Source: Thermomicrobiales bacterium (GTDB lineage: Bacteria > Chloroflexota > Limnocylindria > Limnocylindrales > CSP1-4). From it: a DNA stretch of 30,926 bases. Shown piece after piece: positions 28,747 to 30,926 of this stretch. The stretch is taken from contig SPCO01000001.1 of assembly GCA_004525275.1 (NCBI GenBank), positions 1-30,926 on the forward strand, in the 5' to 3' direction. A model generated the notes under the pieces. The model was not told the DNA's origin and made no database searches. It worked only from the letters and a program-made list of their open reading frames with translations. Made by a program: the position numbers and the translations under genes. How positions within the stretch are numbered: the first letter of the stretch is position 1; every line of letters begins with the position of its first letter.

Positions 28747-29136
28747 TCAATGGTCGGCGTGAAGACGCTCCGGCAGCTCCATGAAGTAGTCGACGAATTC
28801 GACGCACTGACCATGGCCGTCGAAACGCAACGCCCACAGGTTGTAGTACAGCGCTTTGAAGGCACCATCGGGATTCGTGTAGCGGCTCTCACCGATGGCC
28901 GTTGCCCGCTCCCCATCCAGCGCCCAGACGTCGTAATGAGCCGCCCATGACCCGGGTTCATCCTTGGACTCCAGCCAGCTCGCCACGATCGCAGCCCGGC
29001 CGACCAGCGGCTCGGCATACGGCACATGGCGATAGGAAGCGTCCTCACTGAACAACGCACCGATCGTGTCGGGGTCGTAGGTCGTCCAGGCCTCGACGTA
29101 GCGATCGAGCCAGAGCTGGACATCGGCGTGGATCAT
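28747..29136 (-). CDS. NTF2/SnoaL-like fold protein, 129 aa
   Basis: WLDRYVEAW..D...IGALFSEDASY, PLVGRAAI...W, NLWALRFD..G.C.EF; GGAGG SD; ATGA overlap with the gltX stop. Confidence 0.85.
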   Translation of the reverse strand: MIHADVQLWLDRYVEAWTTYDPDTIGALFSEDASYRHVPYAEPLVGRAAIVASWLESKDEPGSWAAHYDVWALDGERATAIGESRYTNPDGAFKALYYNLWALRFDGHGQCVEFVDYFMELPERLHADH

Positions 29137-30632
29137 CGTTCGACTCCTCCTTCAAGGGCGGCGATCGCCCGATCCAGACGCTCAAGGGTTCGCTCGAGGC
29201 CGAGCGCCACGAGCGTGTCGAATAGCGGCGGTGTCGCGGTCCGGCCGGTGACCGCCACCCGGATGGCCATGAACAGGTCACCGACCTTCCAGGCGTGTTC
29301 CTCGGCCAGCGCCCGCAGGGGCGGTTCGAGTTCCTCGGCCTCGAACGAGACCGGACCCGTCTCGGCGATCACGAGCCGGGCGGAGGCAAGGCCCTGCTTC
29401 GTCGTGACCGCATCCCAACGCTTGGGCACGAGCAGCGCCGGCTCGATGACCAGGTCGCGGACCCACAGGAACCCAACGAGGTCGCCGATGGCGCCCAGGG
29501 TCGGCAGACGCTCACCGATGACCGGCAGCAATGAGCGCAGCTCGTCGTCGGGTGGCATCCAGTCGATCCGTCCAGCAGCGAGCTCAGCTGCCACGAACGG
29601 GCGCAGCCGATCTACCAGGTCGTCCGGATCGAGACGCCGGATCCATTGACCGTTGAGCCATTCGAGGCGCCCCCGGTCGAAGACGGCGCCTCCCTTGTGG
29701 ACTTGATCGAGTTCGAAGCGTTCCACGATCTCGTCGATCGACAGCACCTCCTCCTCGGTTCCGGTGGCCCAACCGAGCAGGGCGAGGTAGTTGACCAGCG
29801 CCTCCCGGACGAAGCCCTCCTCGATGTAGTCCGAGACCGCCGTCTGGCTCTTGCGCTTGCTCATCTTGGTCCGGTCGGGGTTCAGGATGAGCGGCAGATG
29901 GGCGAACCGCGGCTCGGGGTGACCGAGCGCTCGGAAGAGCAGGATGTGCTTCGGCGTATTCGAGAGGTGGTCCTCACCGCGGATCACGTCGGTGATCTCC
30001 ATCGCGGCGTCGTCCACGACCACGGTGAAGTGGTAGAGCGGAGAGCCGTCGCCCCGAACGATCACGAAATCGCCGCCCAGATTGGCGACGTCGAACTCGA
30101 CTCGACCGCGCACGACATCATCGAAGGCGACAACGCCCTTGCCGACCCGGAATCGCAGTGCGCCGGCGCGACCATCCGCGGATCGAGCAGCCCGCTCCTC
30201 AGTCGTCAGGCCGGCGCAGCGCCCGACATACCGTGGCGGCAATCGAGCTGCTTCCTGGGCTGCTCGATCGGCGCTCAATTCCTCGGGCGTGCAGTAACAG
30301 GGATAGGCGGCGTCGGCCGCGAGAAGGCGCTCGGCCGCCTCGGCATACAGCGGGAGGCGGAGCATCTGTCGGTAGGGCGCGAATGGGCCACGCGCCGCCT
30401 CGCCGGCGACCTCCGGGCCCTCGTCCCAACCAAGACCGAGCCAGTGCAGCCCGTCCAGGATGTCTCTTTCGAACTCGATCGAGCTGCGAGCCTGGTCCGT
30501 GTCCTCCAGCCGGAGAACGTACGTGCCGCCGGTGTGGCGGGCATACAGGTAGTTGAACAAGGCCGTCCTGGCCGTCCCGATATGGAGAGGCCCGGTCGGA
30601 CTGGGGGCGATCCGGACGCGATGGTGGGTCAT
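29133..30632 (-). CDS. gltX: Glutamyl-tRNA synthetase, 499 aa
   Basis: RIAPSPTGPLHIG (HIGH), LRLEDTD, VIRGEDH, KMSKR, anticodon domain with R.AVTG...TPPLF. Confidence 0.97.
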   Translation of the reverse strand: MTHHRVRIAPSPTGPLHIGTARTALFNYLYARHTGGTYVLRLEDTDQARSSIEFERDILDGLHWLGLGWDEGPEVAGEAARGPFAPYRQMLRLPLYAEAAERLLAADAAYPCYCTPEELSADRAAQEAARLPPRYVGRCAGLTTEERAARSADGRAGALRFRVGKGVVAFDDVVRGRVEFDVANLGGDFVIVRGDGSPLYHFTVVVDDAAMEITDVIRGEDHLSNTPKHILLFRALGHPEPRFAHLPLILNPDRTKMSKRKSQTAVSDYIEEGFVREALVNYLALLGWATGTEEEVLSIDEIVERFELDQVHKGGAVFDRGRLEWLNGQWIRRLDPDDLVDRLRPFVAAELAAGRIDWMPPDDELRSLLPVIGERLPTLGAIGDLVGFLWVRDLVIEPALLVPKRWDAVTTKQGLASARLVIAETGPVSFEAEELEPPLRALAEEHAWKVGDLFMAIRVAVTGRTATPPLFDTLVALGLERTLERLDRAIAALEGGVER

Positions 30633-30638
30633 GTTCGA

Positions 30639-30926
30639 TCAGCGCTCCGGTACGTGATGGAAGAGCGCCGGATCCGCCTCGCCGGGCAGTACGCGCACGA
30701 GCGACGCAGGCCGAAGACCCAGGGTGGCTCGACCGCGGGGTCCATCGAGTGTGAGCGAATCGAGCGACTCGCTCCGTGCGAGGATCGTGATCTGGGCCCC
30801 CGGCGTGAGCGCTCGAGCCTCGAGATAGGACAGAAGCCCTGCGTCTTCCTCGGCCTCCTCGGTGATCCGGTAGATCGTCGCCGGGGAACCAGCCTCCATC
30901 TCGCTGAGTCGGATGCCAGCCGGACG
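30639..30926 (-). CDS. C-terminal FeoA/SH3-like domain, probably of a DtxR/MntR metal-dependent regulator (5' end outside window)
   Basis: Frame is open to the window edge: RLSEMEAGSPATIYRI..EAEED..LLSYL....LTPG..I, typical of DtxR C-terminal FeoA domains. N-terminal HTH not visible. Confidence 0.7.
   Translation of the reverse strand, partial: RPAGIRLSEMEAGSPATIYRITEEAEEDAGLLSYLEARALTPGAQITILARSESLDSLTLDGPRGRATLGLRPASLVRVLPGEADPALFHHVPER

Noticed and set aside
28636-28950. 104-aa plus-strand ORF in the ncRNA region
   Set aside because: Arg/Pro-rich, no motif, mostly antisense to the SnoaL-like gene.

Overview
High-GC bacterial chromosomal window (about two-thirds GC by eye), gene-dense, with no mobile element, CRISPR array, tRNA or rRNA. 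The centre is a ~19 kb phosphate/polyphosphate locus: ppk1, a CYTH-CHAD protein, ppx, crcB-DUF190, pstSCAB-phoU-sixA, a glycerophosphodiester phosphodiesterase, phoR, pit-DUF47 and phoB. It is interleaved or flanked by deoC, an S9 peptidase, an ABC-2 exporter, a P-type ATPase, a DUF971 protein, a J-domain protein, proS, a SnoaL-like gene, gltX and a truncated DtxR/FeoA-type gene. Most unusual observations: (1) the 333-nt phoB-SnoaL gap folds into two convergent, mutually similar rod-shaped RNAs with 6S-RNA-like features; (2) a stand-alone ATP-dependent DNA ligase fold has lost every catalytic lysine and starts with a beta-clamp-like motif; (3) the ~110-nt pit leader is highly structured, with complementary loops and a Met-Ser-stop mini-ORF; (4) the P-type ATPase has a degenerate nucleotide-binding domain; (5) most transcription units look leaderless, with a -10 hexamer 6-9 nt before the start codon. 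All family assignments come from motif recognition by eye; no searches were run.
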